DNA of 64,000 nt, from NCBI GenBank assembly GCA_002269645.1, contig NIVC01001659.1, positions 62,001 to 126,000 on the forward strand, given 5' to 3'. The translations under genes and the position numbers were made by a program. Numbering within the stretch: position 1 is the stretch's first letter; every line of letters begins with the position of its first letter. The DNA is from Macrostomum lignano. Taxonomy: Eukaryota. The notes under the pieces are model-generated. The model did not search any database. It worked only from the letters and a program-made list of their open reading frames with translations, and was not told the origin of the DNA. Of the stretch, positions 22,528-34,423 are shown piece after piece.

Positions 22528-25500
22528 CTATGAGCTGCCCGGCTGCCCGCTCTGCTCACTCAGCTGGTCAGCGGCGGCCTCAATGGCAGCCACTTCGTTC
22601 TCCTGACGGTCCGCCAGTAGCTGCAGGTTGGCCACGGACCGCTCCGTCTCCGAGTCGGCGTCCGCGACGCTGGAACTCAGGATCTGCTGCTCCAAAGCGT
22701 CGAGCTTTTGACGCAGAAGGTCGGTCTTGCTGGCGGCCCCGTAGATCTGCGCACAGTGAGATTGGTGAGGGACAATGGGCCTTGGTTATCCGACGATGAC
22801 ATAAACGCATCTGAGTAGCGACTAACGTCTTGCTTGCGGCCAGCGCCCACAGCCATTACTCCCTGTAAAATAGCTAATCAACAAAGGCAAAATATATCAG
22901 AGTACTGAGAAAATCAGTAAACCGACCCCAGAGAGGAACCGAGAGATTCACAACTAAATAACCCAGTTTGAGCATCAACTGAGCAAAGGTCACCCACCCG
23001 ACGCTCCGTGGTCGCCGCAGTCCTCAGCGCAGCCTCCTCGCCACCACCACCATTCCTATCTTCCTCCTCGTCCTCAACAACGTTCTCGATCTCGTAGACG
23101 ATCCTGGAGGAGCCGGTCGACTGCGGCACGGCCTCAAAGCTCGAGGTGGAGAAGCCTGTCGGGCCACTAGGCGAGGACCAGACGAGCGACGAGGCTTCCG
23201 CTGTGCCTGCGGTGTCTGAGTGGCAAGGAGAGACGGTGAAGATCAACTCAAATCTGTCCACTGGAGACCTAAATTCGACAACCCATCACCTGCCTACCAG
23301 TGGTGTTGGCGGCAGACTGCTCGTGCTCAGCCAGGCGGCTCAGCATGTGGCCCGTGACCCGCTGCAGCGCAGCGCTCTCCGGGTAGGCCTCATCTTCTTC
23401 GTCCGCGGTAGCCGCCACCAACTGGCGCTCCATGCTGCTGAGGCGCTTGTTCAGCCGGCCGAAATTGGCGTCAAGCTGGCGGATCTTGCCGGAGGCGCGG
23501 TACATGTCCTTGGCGGCGGCGATCATCGAGGCCTGGGTCTGCTCGATTTCGCCTTCAATGCGGTTCAGCGCCTCGTCATCCTCGGCCAGGCTGTAGACCA
23601 GCAGCTGACAGTCGCACTGCGTACTGCCGGCGGAGTTGGTTGCTAGGCAACTGTACTCGGCGTCGTCCGACTTGGCAACATTATTGATGTGCAGCTCGTA
23701 AGCGTCGTTGTCTGCGCTTACTGGAAATGATAATTCACAGGTCTGTGCTAATGAGTTGAGTATTGGTTAAACGACACGCTCATGCTACTATTAGTAGCAG
23801 CTGTGAGACATTTTGCATTTCATAGTAAAGGCCCCAGTGTAACTCTGTGCCGATTGACGCTTGGCCAGGGACGGGTCTGGTCGCAAACGGTTCGCCATGG
23901 GCTTTTGGGTCCCCGCAGGGGGGTGTTTTGCTTTTCCCGCTTGGTTTGGGGTAGCGGATTTGCAGCTCTTTGCCTGTGTTCTGCGGGAAGTTCCACCTTT
24001 TACTTCCAGCCAATCGCTTCTAGCCGAAGCAACCTTCACTTCGACGGAAGTCATTGGTCACCAGGGGCTAGAGAAATGGGCGGTCTCCTCCGCATCCTCG
24101 CTGCATCCGCCGGACGATGCCCCCTGCAGTTAAGTCAAGACCGTTCCACACAGCCACTGGTTGTTAAGTTTGAATATTAGGGCACTGAGCACAAGACTCT
24201 CGCTAAGAGGCTTGTACCGTTACAGTGACTTCAGCTGACTTCCGTTTTGTAAGGGCGACCCTGCAGGAGAGCGCCAGAGAGCGGCGCTGTTCCAGGCGGT
24301 GGGCGAGACGGTTCTGCTTTCCAACGCCGAGATTTGGACGCTGACAGACTCGCTCGAACAGAAAGTTGAAAATCGGTCGACCAGCCAGTTAATGCGGCCC
24401 GGTCCGCCCAAGCTCGTGACTCCAGCTGGCAGGCCACATCATCTACGCCGAGTCGTAATGAACACATCCGGTGCGGAAGATGCTGCCTGACGACACTGCA
24501 GACACCCTACCGGCAGAGACACGTGCACACTTGGCCGCAACCCATCTGTGGCGCGGCCTATGTTCATGCCCTAGCCCAGAAGTACTCCTTAGCATCGGTG
24601 ATGAAGATACCAGCAGAAGGGTGACTCACCAATTTCGTACTTGCCCCCACCATCCGGTCGGATGGGCTTGCCGTCGCGCAGGAAGGAGACGCGGGGCCTC
24701 GGCTGGCCGGCGACCCGGCAGGCAAAGCGGGCCGTGCGACCCTCGCGCGAGCGGGTGTCCGACATCGGCTGCGTGAATTCCGGCGGCTTCGCTGGCCGAG
24801 GATTCTCTGCAGGGTGGGTGCGCTTGGAACTCAGGATGGGCTGCTCGAAATGCATTTTTACGTTCTGCGGACACCGGATGCTGAGTCATGACTCAACGGT
24901 TGGTACGAGTGTAATAGTTAATAGAGTAAGTTCACGCGCTTACTGTGTAGAAAGCTTAGGTGAGAGCTTGATGACGTCTACATCGCCCAAATTTCATACG
25001 CTCGTATCGCCTAAGTTTTATCACAACGCCTAAAACCGAATGTGAAGGAGCGAAGCGTGAAGATATTTTAGGCTTCCGCTGAGTTTCGGCCGTCTTGCGT
25101 TCACTTGTGTACATCGAGTGAAATTCGTGTTGCTAATTCTTAACCCCAAATGCTCCTGAGGTCACCAAACCATTAGCAAGGAAACGAAATGTTTTAGCTG
25201 CCACATTATATTTAAGTGACACTGCGCAGACAAACTACTGAAAAAGTAGACCCTCTCTCTGCTTTTTCATAACTTGAATTGCGAGCGTTTACAGAGCTTT
25301 ACAGCGGAGGACGCACCTGTGACTTGCAGGTGGAAGCCGTGCAGCACAGCCTGCTGAGCATTCGCTGCCAGGATCAGGTAGGCGCCCGCATCCGCGTCAG
25401 CAGCGTGGTACAACGTCAGGCAGTGCGAGCCGTCCCCGTGAGGGTCCGACTCCAGCTCGAACTTGTCGCTGTTGCCGATTTCGAATGCCCGTCCGGACTT

Positions 25501-28500
25501 CAGCCGGTGCCACACAACTTCTGTGAGGGGCGGGGAGTTTCTTGTTGTTTGCTTCTAGCTTTGAAAAATGGCGAACTATCCGTTGCCCGACTGGATAACT
25601 TGAATAGAAATACGGATGCTGCAGATGCCGTCCATTCAGTTCTTACATGCAATAATTTCCTGAGCCATTGCAGAAGTCCGCAGCTTCCCGACGGCTGAGG
25701 TCAACTCACAGCTTTCCCCTATAAAAGGCTCTTCCCAGTGTAAACAGGATCCCTTGAATCTCATCCAGCCCAGAGCTGCACCGGCAGTCCCGCAGCGCTC
25801 ACCAAACGGCTCTGAGCCATCGACAACAGCGCGGAGGCAGACGCGCTCGCCCCTGGCCACCGAGACCAGGGCGTCCGGCTTGGCGCAGAACCTGGGGTCC
25901 GTGCGCTCGTTCAGCTCCCAGTCGAAGCCGCTGAATCGCAGCATCATGGGCTCGGCGTCTGCGGCCAGCGGCAGCACCGGCGCCGCCAGCTCCCAGGACT
26001 CCACGCCGCCGTCCTCGTCGTCCCCAACTGAGTCGTGGACAAAGCGCGCCGAGAAGCGGCCGACGCGGAGGCCGTCGGCAGGAGCGCACGGCGGCAGCGG
26101 CGGCTGCACAGCCAGGCGATCGGACTGGCGCCGCCGGACTTCGAGGCTCGGCTTCGGCGTTGACGCGGCGGCAGCGGCGCCGACTGAACGCTTTGAGGAG
26201 GCTCTCTGGTCAGCGGCAGCAGCCTGGACTTCGCCACCGCAGCTATCGGAACTGTTGAAGGCGAAGAGGCTGTCGATGTGCTGGTCCACCCGCCGCTGGT
26301 CGAGGTTGCTGCGAGGTTGGAGAAGCAAAGCAGGCCAAGAATTGCGGCAGGGAAGTGCAGCGGGTGAAATTCATGACAAAAGTTTCTGCAATAAAAGCTG
26401 CTACAGTCGAAATGCATCAAAGAGCCGAAAGCCAAATAATTGCAGCTGCAGCTCGGAGTCCTCAGTTCGAGCTTCGGCTCGGAGAGTTGCAACAGGAACT
26501 GCCAGCCGCCCAACGGAAGTCGGCAATTCTCCCAGGGAAATTTGCGGAGCAGAGACCGGATGTCAGAAATGCAGCTCGAATGAAAAATCACCAATTGACA
26601 ACTGCCAGCAGGGACTCGTGGTGAGCTCACGGGACTAGGAATGAGCTCACGGGACTAGGAATGAGCTCACGGGACTAGGAATGAGCTCGAAGGACTAGGA
26701 ATGAGCTCACGGGACTAGGAATGAGCTCACGGGACTAGGAATGAGCTTAAGGGACTAGGAATGAGCTCACGGGACTAGGAATGAGCTTAAGGGACTAGGA
26801 ATGAGCTTAAGGGACTAGGAATGAGCTTAACTGATTAAGAATGAGCCCAAGGGATTAAGAATGAGCTAAAAACAAAGAATGAGCTCACAGAAGTCACACG
26901 AGTTCACAATAACTAAAATGAGCCTCACCTGCCAGCGGAAGCGTCTTTGCCAGCCGGCGGTTGCCGCGGCTGCGGGAGGCTGACGCTGCCGCTGCTGGTG
27001 GCGAAGGAGATGTCGCCGCCAAAGTCGTTGCGCAGGCGAAATCCTCCGCCAGCCGGCTCGTCTGGCTGCTGCTGCTGCGGCTTCGCCGGCGTCAGTGCGT
27101 GCGGCAGCGGGCGGTAGCTGGGCAGCGCCGCCGAGTCCCGCCTGTCAGCAGCCGAAGCCGCGGCCGCTTCGGCCAGCGCTGCCAGGTGGTCGTCGACAAA
27201 CTTCTGCACAACGAACTCGGCCAGCCGGCTCTCCGGCTCGGCCAGGCCGGAGTCCTCGCCGTCGTCCAGGTTGCCCGCTGCCGCAGCCGCCGGCGCCCCG
27301 GCGAACAGGCGGTCGGCGGACAAGCCGATGGCGAGCTCCACCTCCTGCTGCACCAGCCGCTGCACTCGCGCGTCCACGGAGCTGGGCGAGCCCGGGCGGT
27401 TGGCTGCGGTGCGGGGGGAGAGAATGTCCCGAGCTTAGGGAGACTTTGCAACGCGTCAAGTTATTGTCGGCTCTCTTGAATGCCCTGGGACGGAGCAGCT
27501 CAGTGGTTACCGCGTCTGACTATCGCGCCACGATCCCGGGTTCGATTCCGTGCGCCACTTTCATTTGGGGCTCGTCGGGCACGGAAATTAGCCTGGAGTT
27601 GTCGTGCGATTCACTCACAGCCATGAAGGCCAACCCCAGGGCACCGAGTGTACATGCCAGGGCACCGAGTGTACATGACAGGGCACGGAGTGTACATGCC
27701 AGGGCACCGAGTGTACATTGCAGGGCTGGTCAATGTCCCCGGAGAAGTGCAGGGCTGGACAATGTCCCCGGAGAAATGCAGGGCTGGTCAATGTCCCCGG
27801 AGAAATGCAGGGCTGGACAATGTCCCCGGAGAAATGCAGGGCTGGACAATGTCCCCGGAGAAATGCAGGGCTGGACAATGTCCCCGGAGAAATGCAGGGC
27901 TGGTCAATGTCCCCGGAGAAGTGCAGGGCTGGTCAATGTCCCCGGAGAAATGCAGGGCTGGACAATGTCCCCGGAGAAATGCAGGGCTGGTCAATGTCCC
28001 CGGAGAAATGCAGGGCTGGTCAATGTCCCCGGAGAAGTGCAGGGCTGGACAATGTCCCCGGAGAAATGCAGGGCTGGACAATGTCCCGGAGAAATGCAGG
28101 GCTGGTCAATGTCCCCGGAGAAATGCAGGGCTGGTCAATGTCCCCGGAGAAGTGCAGGGCTGGACAATGTCCCCGGAGAAATGCAGGGCTGGACAATGTC
28201 CCCGGAGAAATGCAGGGCTGGACAATGTCCCCGGAGAAATGCAGGGCTGGTCAATGTCCCCGCCCTCTCTCACCCATGGTGGCGTGCAGCGTCTGGGCGA
28301 ACGTCGAGATGAGATCGGCGACCTCCGAGGCGTGCCGCGCCACCACCTGCCCGGCCTCCGCTGAGGTCGCCCGGTCCTCGTGCGGCACCGCGGCCCGCAG
28401 ATCGGCCTGCAGGTGGTGCAGCGAGTCGTGCAGCCGGCCCTGGAAGCTGGTGATCTGCAGCCCGACCGTTGACGCCGTCGAATCGTCCACTGTGGCAGCC

Positions 28501-31500
28501 GCGGTTGCAGCAGCGCCGGCTCCGCCTCGCCCAAGTGACGTCAGGCCGACGAAGTCGTTGGCAGCGCGGAATCCAAAGCCCGCGTCATCGGCGGGGTCGT
28601 CGCCTTCCTCCGCGTCGTTGGCCCTGGTGGCGAACGTCAGCTCGGTGCGGTAGACGGGCCGGCGGCCCAGCGACTCGCCGTGGCCGGAGTCCGTCAGCTG
28701 CTGGCGCTGGCCGGGCTGGGCAAACAGCTGCTCGATAGCCAGACCGGGCTGTCCGGCCGAAGCTGGGCGGAGGTTCGAGTCAGTTTTGATGTGGCAGTCA
28801 TGTCATGTGGCTGTGGGCACCCTGGCGCAGCGGTGAGGCCAATACTGTATGCAGGCACGCAATCGTACACATGCTCTCACAGGGTGTACAGCAGCCCTGC
28901 CTTTCTAATTAGTTAGGCATGTACACTGTGCCTTGGGGTTGGCTTTCATGAATTTGAACCGCATGGAAAGACACGGAAAGGGTGTGAAAGCCGTGTCTGG
29001 GTCAAGAGCCGCCATAGTTCTAGGAATCAGGAACTGGACGATTCTCCGTCAGATTGCCACAATGCCCCGCTCCCTGCCAGTTGACGCAGCGGCCTTCCCA
29101 ATCGCCTCAAAATAGCGTCACTATAAATGTTTGCCCTCAAACGAAAGAGACAACGAATATCGACGAATGAAGGGGCCTCAAATTTTTGTCACCTGTTCGG
29201 CATGGCAAAGGGGTAGACAGCGGCGCCCCCAAGAGACAGGGGCGCCCACCGAGAGACAGCGGCGCCCCCAAGAGACAGGGGCGCCCACCGAGAGACAGGG
29301 GCGCCCACCCAGAGACAGGGGCGCCCACCGAGAGACGGGGCGCCCACTAAGAGACAGGGGCGCCCACCGAGAGACAGGTGCGCCCACCGAGAGACGGGGC
29401 GCCCACTAAGAGACAGGGGCGCCCACCGAGAGACAGGGGCGCCCACCGAGAGACAGGGGCGCCCACCCAGAGACAGGGGCGCCCACCGAGAGACGGGGCG
29501 CCCACTAAGAGACAGGGGCGCCCACCGAGAGACAGGGGCGCCCACCGAGAGACGGGGCGCCCACTAAGAGACAGGGGCGCCCACCGAGAGACAGGGGCGC
29601 CCACTAAGAGACAGGGGCGCCCACCGAGAGACAGGGGCGCCCACCGAGAGACAGGGGCGCCCACCGAGAGACAGGGGCGCCCACCGAGAGACAGGGGCGC
29701 CCACCGAGAGACAGCGGCGCCCCCAAGAGACAGGGGCGCCCACCGAGAGACAAGGGGCGCCCACCGAGAGACAGGGGCGCCCCCAAGAGACAGGGGCGCT
29801 CACCGAGAGACAGGGGCGCTCACCGAGAGACAAGGGGCGCCCACCGAGAGACAGGGGCGCCCACCGAGAGACAGCGGCGCCCCCAAGAGACAGGGGCGCC
29901 CACCGAGAGACAGGGGCGCCCACCGAGAGACAGGGGCGCCCCCAAGAGACAGGGGCGCCCACCGAGAGACAGAGGCGCCCACTGAGAGACAGCGGCGCCC
30001 CCAAGAGACAGGGGCGCCCAACGACAGTCAGCGGCGACCGCCAAGACACCCAAGACAACCAAGCCATGCTCACCCAGCTCTGTAATCTTTTTCAACTGGA
30101 TTTGGATTTGTTCTTTTGCACACCATCAGAAGTGATCGGCTCGCCACTCACCCGACAGGCTGGCTTTGCCGAACTGCTGCGCGTCCCGACTGAGGCTGAG
30201 CACCACCTTGGCGCTGCCGGAGCTCTTGAACTTCTTCTTGACTGCGTCGTAGAACCACTGGCACTGGCCTGTCTGGCACAGCCTTGGGGAGAAAGGAATT
30301 GCGGCCGCGAACTTGCGGTCTGCAAATGCTGCCTTTAAAATCACGTAGCACCCACAGCATCATCCACAGCGTCATCCACAGCGTCATCCACAGCAGCATC
30401 AACAGCATCACCAAAGCATCACCCACAGCATCACCCACAGCATCACCCACAGCATCACCCACAGCATCACCCACAGCATCACCCACAGCATCACCCACAG
30501 CATCACCCACAGCATCACCCACAGCATCACCCACAGCATCACCCAGAGTAGCACCCACAGCATCACCCACAGCATCACCCACAACATCACCCACAGCATC
30601 ACCCACAGCATCACCCACAGCATCACCCACAGCATCACCCACAGCATCACCCACAGCATCACCCAGAGTAGCACCCACAGCATCACCCACAGCATCACCC
30701 ACAGCATCACCCACAGCATCACCCACAGCATCACCCACAGCATCACCCACAGCATCACCCACAGCATCACCCACAGCATCACCCAGAGTAGCACCCACAG
30801 CATCACCCACAGCATCACCCACAACATCACCCACAGCATCACCCACAGCATCACCCACAGCATCACCCACAGCATCACCCACAGCATCACCCACAGCATC
30901 ACCCAGAGTAGCACCCACAGCATCACCCACAGCATCACCCACAGCATCACCCACAGCATCACCCACAGCATCACCCAGAGCATCACCCAGAGCATCACCC
31001 ACAGCATCACCCAGAGTATCACCCACAGCATCACCCACAGCATCATCTACAGCAGCACCCACAGCGGCGCCCTCACCGGCTCCTGTCGCAAACTCCGCAC
31101 ACGAATCCATCGAATTCGCGCCTCCTCTGCGCGCAGCGGCCGCGGCAGACGCGCAGGCTGCACAGGCAGCAGCTGACCCACGGGTTGATGATCAGCAGGA
31201 AGCGGCGGTAGCAGCGGATGCAGTAATTCTCGTTGAATTCGCTGCGCTGCAGCAGCGCCTCGGCCGACCGATCCTCCTGGCGAACGAACGATTTCAGCTT
31301 CCTGAGGGTTCGAGCAAATTCCATGAGGAAGTTCAAAAGAGGAAGGAAACTCGAAGAGGCTGGGGAGTCGGGATCGACAGAGGCCGTCAGTCAGTTGGGG
31401 CTATTAGCCTATAGATTGACCCTGAGCCAGCGACTGCGCAAGGGAACGGACGCCCAGCCTCCTACTACATGTATCAATGAGACTCCACTCTCACCCGATC

Positions 31501-32053
31501 CGCAGTCTCCTAGATTCATTATCAATGAGACTCCACTCTCACCCGATCCGCAGTCTCCCAGCCTCATCAATGAGACTCCACTCTCACCCGATCCGCAGTC
31601 TTCTAGATTCATCATCAATGAGACTCCACTCTCACCCGATCCGCGGTCTCCTATCCTCATCATCAATGAGACTCGACTTCACTCTCATCCGATACGCAGT
31701 CTCCTAGCCTCATCATCAATGAGACTCTGCACTCACCCGATCCGCAGTCTCCTAGCCTCATCAATGAGACTCCACTCTCACCCGATACGCAGTCTCCTAG
31801 CCTCATCAATGAGACTCCACTCTCACCCGATACGCAGTCTCCTAGCCTCATCAATGAGACTCTGCTCTCACCCGATCCGCAGTCTCCTAGCCTCATCAAT
31901 GAGACTCTGCACTCACCCGATACGCAGTCTTTCAGCCTCCTGCAGGTCGCTGTCTCGCTGCAGCACGGCGGTCAGCTGGTGCCGCTCCGCCTCGGACAGG
32001 TGGCTCAGGTCCAGCGCCAGGTCCGGCGCCGCAGAGGCCGATCGGCGTGGCAT
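22528..32053 (-). CDS. MyRIP/melanophilin-like Rab effector: Slp-homology Rab-binding zinc domain, two Ig I-set domains and C-terminal coiled coils. About 11 exons (32053-31917, 31301-31077, 30282-30152, ~28762-28275, ~27404-26929, ~26309-25803, ~25521-25320, ~24807-24629, 23720-23297, 23260-22998, 22746-22528)
   Basis: [21 protein letters not shown]; C..C...F.......C..C...VC..C.......F.C.VC; [20 protein letters not shown] (compare MyRIP EWFYNNVKSRFKRFGSAKV). Ig motifs [10 protein letters not shown]...[19 protein letters not shown]...YELHINNV...DDAEYSC.A.N.AG. The exon phases I checked join in frame. Confidence 0.8.
23780..24140 (+). mobile_element. Decayed 5'-truncated LOA-type LINE (intronic)
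   Basis: The tail ggtcaccaggggctagagaaatgggcgg...gctgcatccgccggacgatgccccctgcagttaagtcaag matches the full element's tail. Confidence 0.65.
24260..24560 (+). mobile_element. Decayed RTE-type non-LTR retrotransposon fragment (post-RT region)
   Basis: [29 protein letters not shown] resembles the conserved LF.A.VESVLLYGAETWTLT motif of RTE-like LINEs. Confidence 0.6.
26625..26880. repeat. 20-bp minisatellite (GGGACTAGGAATGAGCTCAC)n
   Basis: Direct reading. Confidence 0.93.
27487..27660 (+). mobile_element. tRNA-derived SINE (A box and B box head)
   Basis: A-box-like agctcagtgg and B-box gggttcgattcc, followed by the tail catgaaggccaaccccagggcaccgagtgtacat shared with other copies. No convincing cloverleaf acceptor stem. 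Confidence 0.7.
27720..28262. repeat. 29-bp minisatellite (TGCAGGGCTGGACAATGTCCCCGGAGAAA)n
   Basis: Direct reading; it continues from the SINE tail up to an exon donor. Confidence 0.95.
28850..28960 (-). mobile_element. SINE 3' portion (same family)
   Basis: gggtgtacagc...ctttctaat...atgtacactgtgccttggggttggc..tcatg matches 6180-6250. Confidence 0.6.
29210..30025. repeat. About 20-bp minisatellite (GAGAGACAGGGGCGCCCACC)n
   Basis: Direct reading. Confidence 0.95.
30350..31060. repeat. 12-bp minisatellite (CACCCACAGCAT)n with a 120-bp higher-order period
   Basis: The variant acccagagtagc recurs at 30541, 30661, 30781 and 30901. Confidence 0.95.
31478..31935. repeat. About 42-48-bp array copying the exon-1 donor of the MyRIP-like gene
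   Basis: Minus-strand unit gactgcg(t/g)atcgg|gtgag..., about 10 copies. Confidence 0.88.
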
Positions 32054-33404
32054 GTCGAGCTTCAGCGGCGCATCCGCAGCTGTCGGTCTGTCCGGGCAGT
32101 TGCTTCGCCAGTCAGCCGTGGGACGCAAGTGAGGCTTGAAAAATAACAGTGAGCTGCAGCTGGCCGCCTTAATTACTGCGCCCGTCTCTCCACCTCAGGG
32201 CCACCCCATATAATTGACCAAGCAGCTGCACTGGGCCAGTGTGTCCCGGCCGCCACCCCGCAGACCAATTAGCGATGCCGCACTGAGGGGTTTGGGGTAA
32301 GGGGGGGGGAGGGTCGCCAGCCCCGCTGCAACTCTGAATGTACATTGCAGCACCCCGCTGCACCACCAGGGGGTCAGAGATGTCTCGCAGCGGCGGTCCC
32401 TTTCATAATTGAAAAAATAGAGATGCATTGCAAATATGGGCAATTTGTTTTGATGAGCTGAGAAAACAAGATTTCTAAACTCTGAGTGCGGCCCAGACTG
32501 TGAATTGAGTGCTGTGTCAGAATTCGCGCTCTCATTGTTGAGGCTGGCGGCAGAGATGGTCACCCTGGCGCCTACTCGGCTGCAGTGAAATCGACTGAGG
32601 ACACGCGACGTCAAGATGATGGACCCTGTAGGCTGTGGCTTGTACTTTTAGCTACTGTAGATCTTTGATTTTAATTGCGTTCTGTCAGAGCAGGTCACCT
32701 GTGCTCTCCGAGACAGATTGGTGCCAAGCTGACTGTGAATTTACGCGTAAAATTGACGGAGAGCAGAGTCGGCTCAGTGAACAGGATTTCGTGAGCAACT
32801 GCTCAAAGCGACTCGTTGTGAGCACTGCGGTGTGTTGAACATTGCATATATTTGATTTAATAAACAGCAAAGCCCGAAGACTTGCAGCGAAAGCATGGAA
32901 CAAAAAACTGCTTTGAAGCCAAGCGCTAAAATTTTAGATAATTTTCATGAATTTTACAAAAAGCGCTGGACAGATCGCAGAGTCGATCCTTGCTACTGCA
33001 AGTAGGCGAGTTCAGCGATAAGTCAGACACAAAAAAGCATTGAATAAAGACTACATTTAACCGAATGCCCGCAATGAATCTAGCAATCATCCAGATTAGC
33101 AATTGAAAATAGAGAATCGCCCGAACACGCGCAAGGTGGTGGATCTGGCCCGCAGGCTGGGATGGCACAGCTGATGATGCCGCAACAGCGGGCACCGACT
33201 GGCTGTTCCGATGAATTAATGAAAATCGCTTCAGCACGAACGAATCAGTTAACGCGATAGCATTGGGATAAGCAGCAGGACTGAGGCATGCAATAGAAAT
33301 AAATTGACACAAAATCACAGGAAATGGGGACTCCAGCGCCTTGCCAGCTGCATTCACGCAGTGAGTTTGGATTGCGCCTGCACAGAGGATTCAAGTCTGG
33401 CAGG

Positions 33405-34385
33405 TGCTCAGTGGGATCACACAGGTGCTCACTGGGAACACACAGGTGCTCAGTGGGATCACACAGGTGCTCAGTGGGATCACACACAGGTGCTCAGTGG
33501 GATCACACAGAGATAAACAATGGGATCACACACAGGTGCTCAGTGGAATCACACACAGGTGCTCAGTGGGATCACACACAGGTGCTCAGTGGAATCACAC
33601 ACAGGTGCTCAGTGGGATCACACAGAGATAAACAATGGGATCACACAGAGATAAACAATGGGATCACACACAGGTGCTCAGTGGAATCACACAGAGATAA
33701 ACAGTGGGATCACACACAGGTGCTCAGTGGAATCACGCACAGGTGCTCAGTGGGATCACACACAGGTGCTCAGTGGGATCACACAGAGATAAACAATGGG
33801 ATCACACAGAGATAAACAATGGGATCACACACAGGTGCTCAGTGGAATCACACAGAGATAAACAATGGGATCACACAGACATCAGCAATGGGATCACAGA
33901 CATCAGCAATGGGATCACACAGACATCAGCAATGGGATCACACAGACATCAGCAATGGGATCACACAGACATCAGCAATGGGATCACACAGACATCAGCA
34001 ATGGGATCACACAGACATCAGAAATGGGATCACACAGACATCAGCAATGGAATCACACAGACATCAGCAATGGGATCACACAGACATCAGCAATGGGATC
34101 ACACAGACATCAGCAATGGGATCACACAGACATCAGAAATGGGATCACACAGACATCAGCAATGGAATCACACAGACATCAGCAATGGGATCACACAGAC
34201 ATCAGCAATGGGATCACACAGACATCAGCAATGGGATCACACAGACATCAGAAATGGGATCACACAGACATCAGAAATGGGATCACACAGACATCAGAAA
34301 TGGGATCACACAGACATCAGCAATGGGATCACACAGACATCAGAAATGGGATCACACAGACATCAGCAATGGAATCACACACATG
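33405..34385. repeat. About 23-bp minisatellite with a GGGATCACACA core
   Basis: Three successive unit variants, by direct reading. Confidence 0.95.
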
Positions 34386-34423
34386 AATCGCTCAGGCAGA
34401 TCCCCCACAGCGGTGTCACTAAG

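Noticed and set aside
27487-27560. Functional tRNA
   Set aside because: A and B boxes are present, but acceptor and anticodon stems do not pair well, and it continues into a dispersed-repeat body.
30148-31414. Mucin- or antifreeze-like ORFs (ASPT)n / (GDAV)n
   Set aside because: Open frames of an intronic 12-bp array lying between two well-supported exons.
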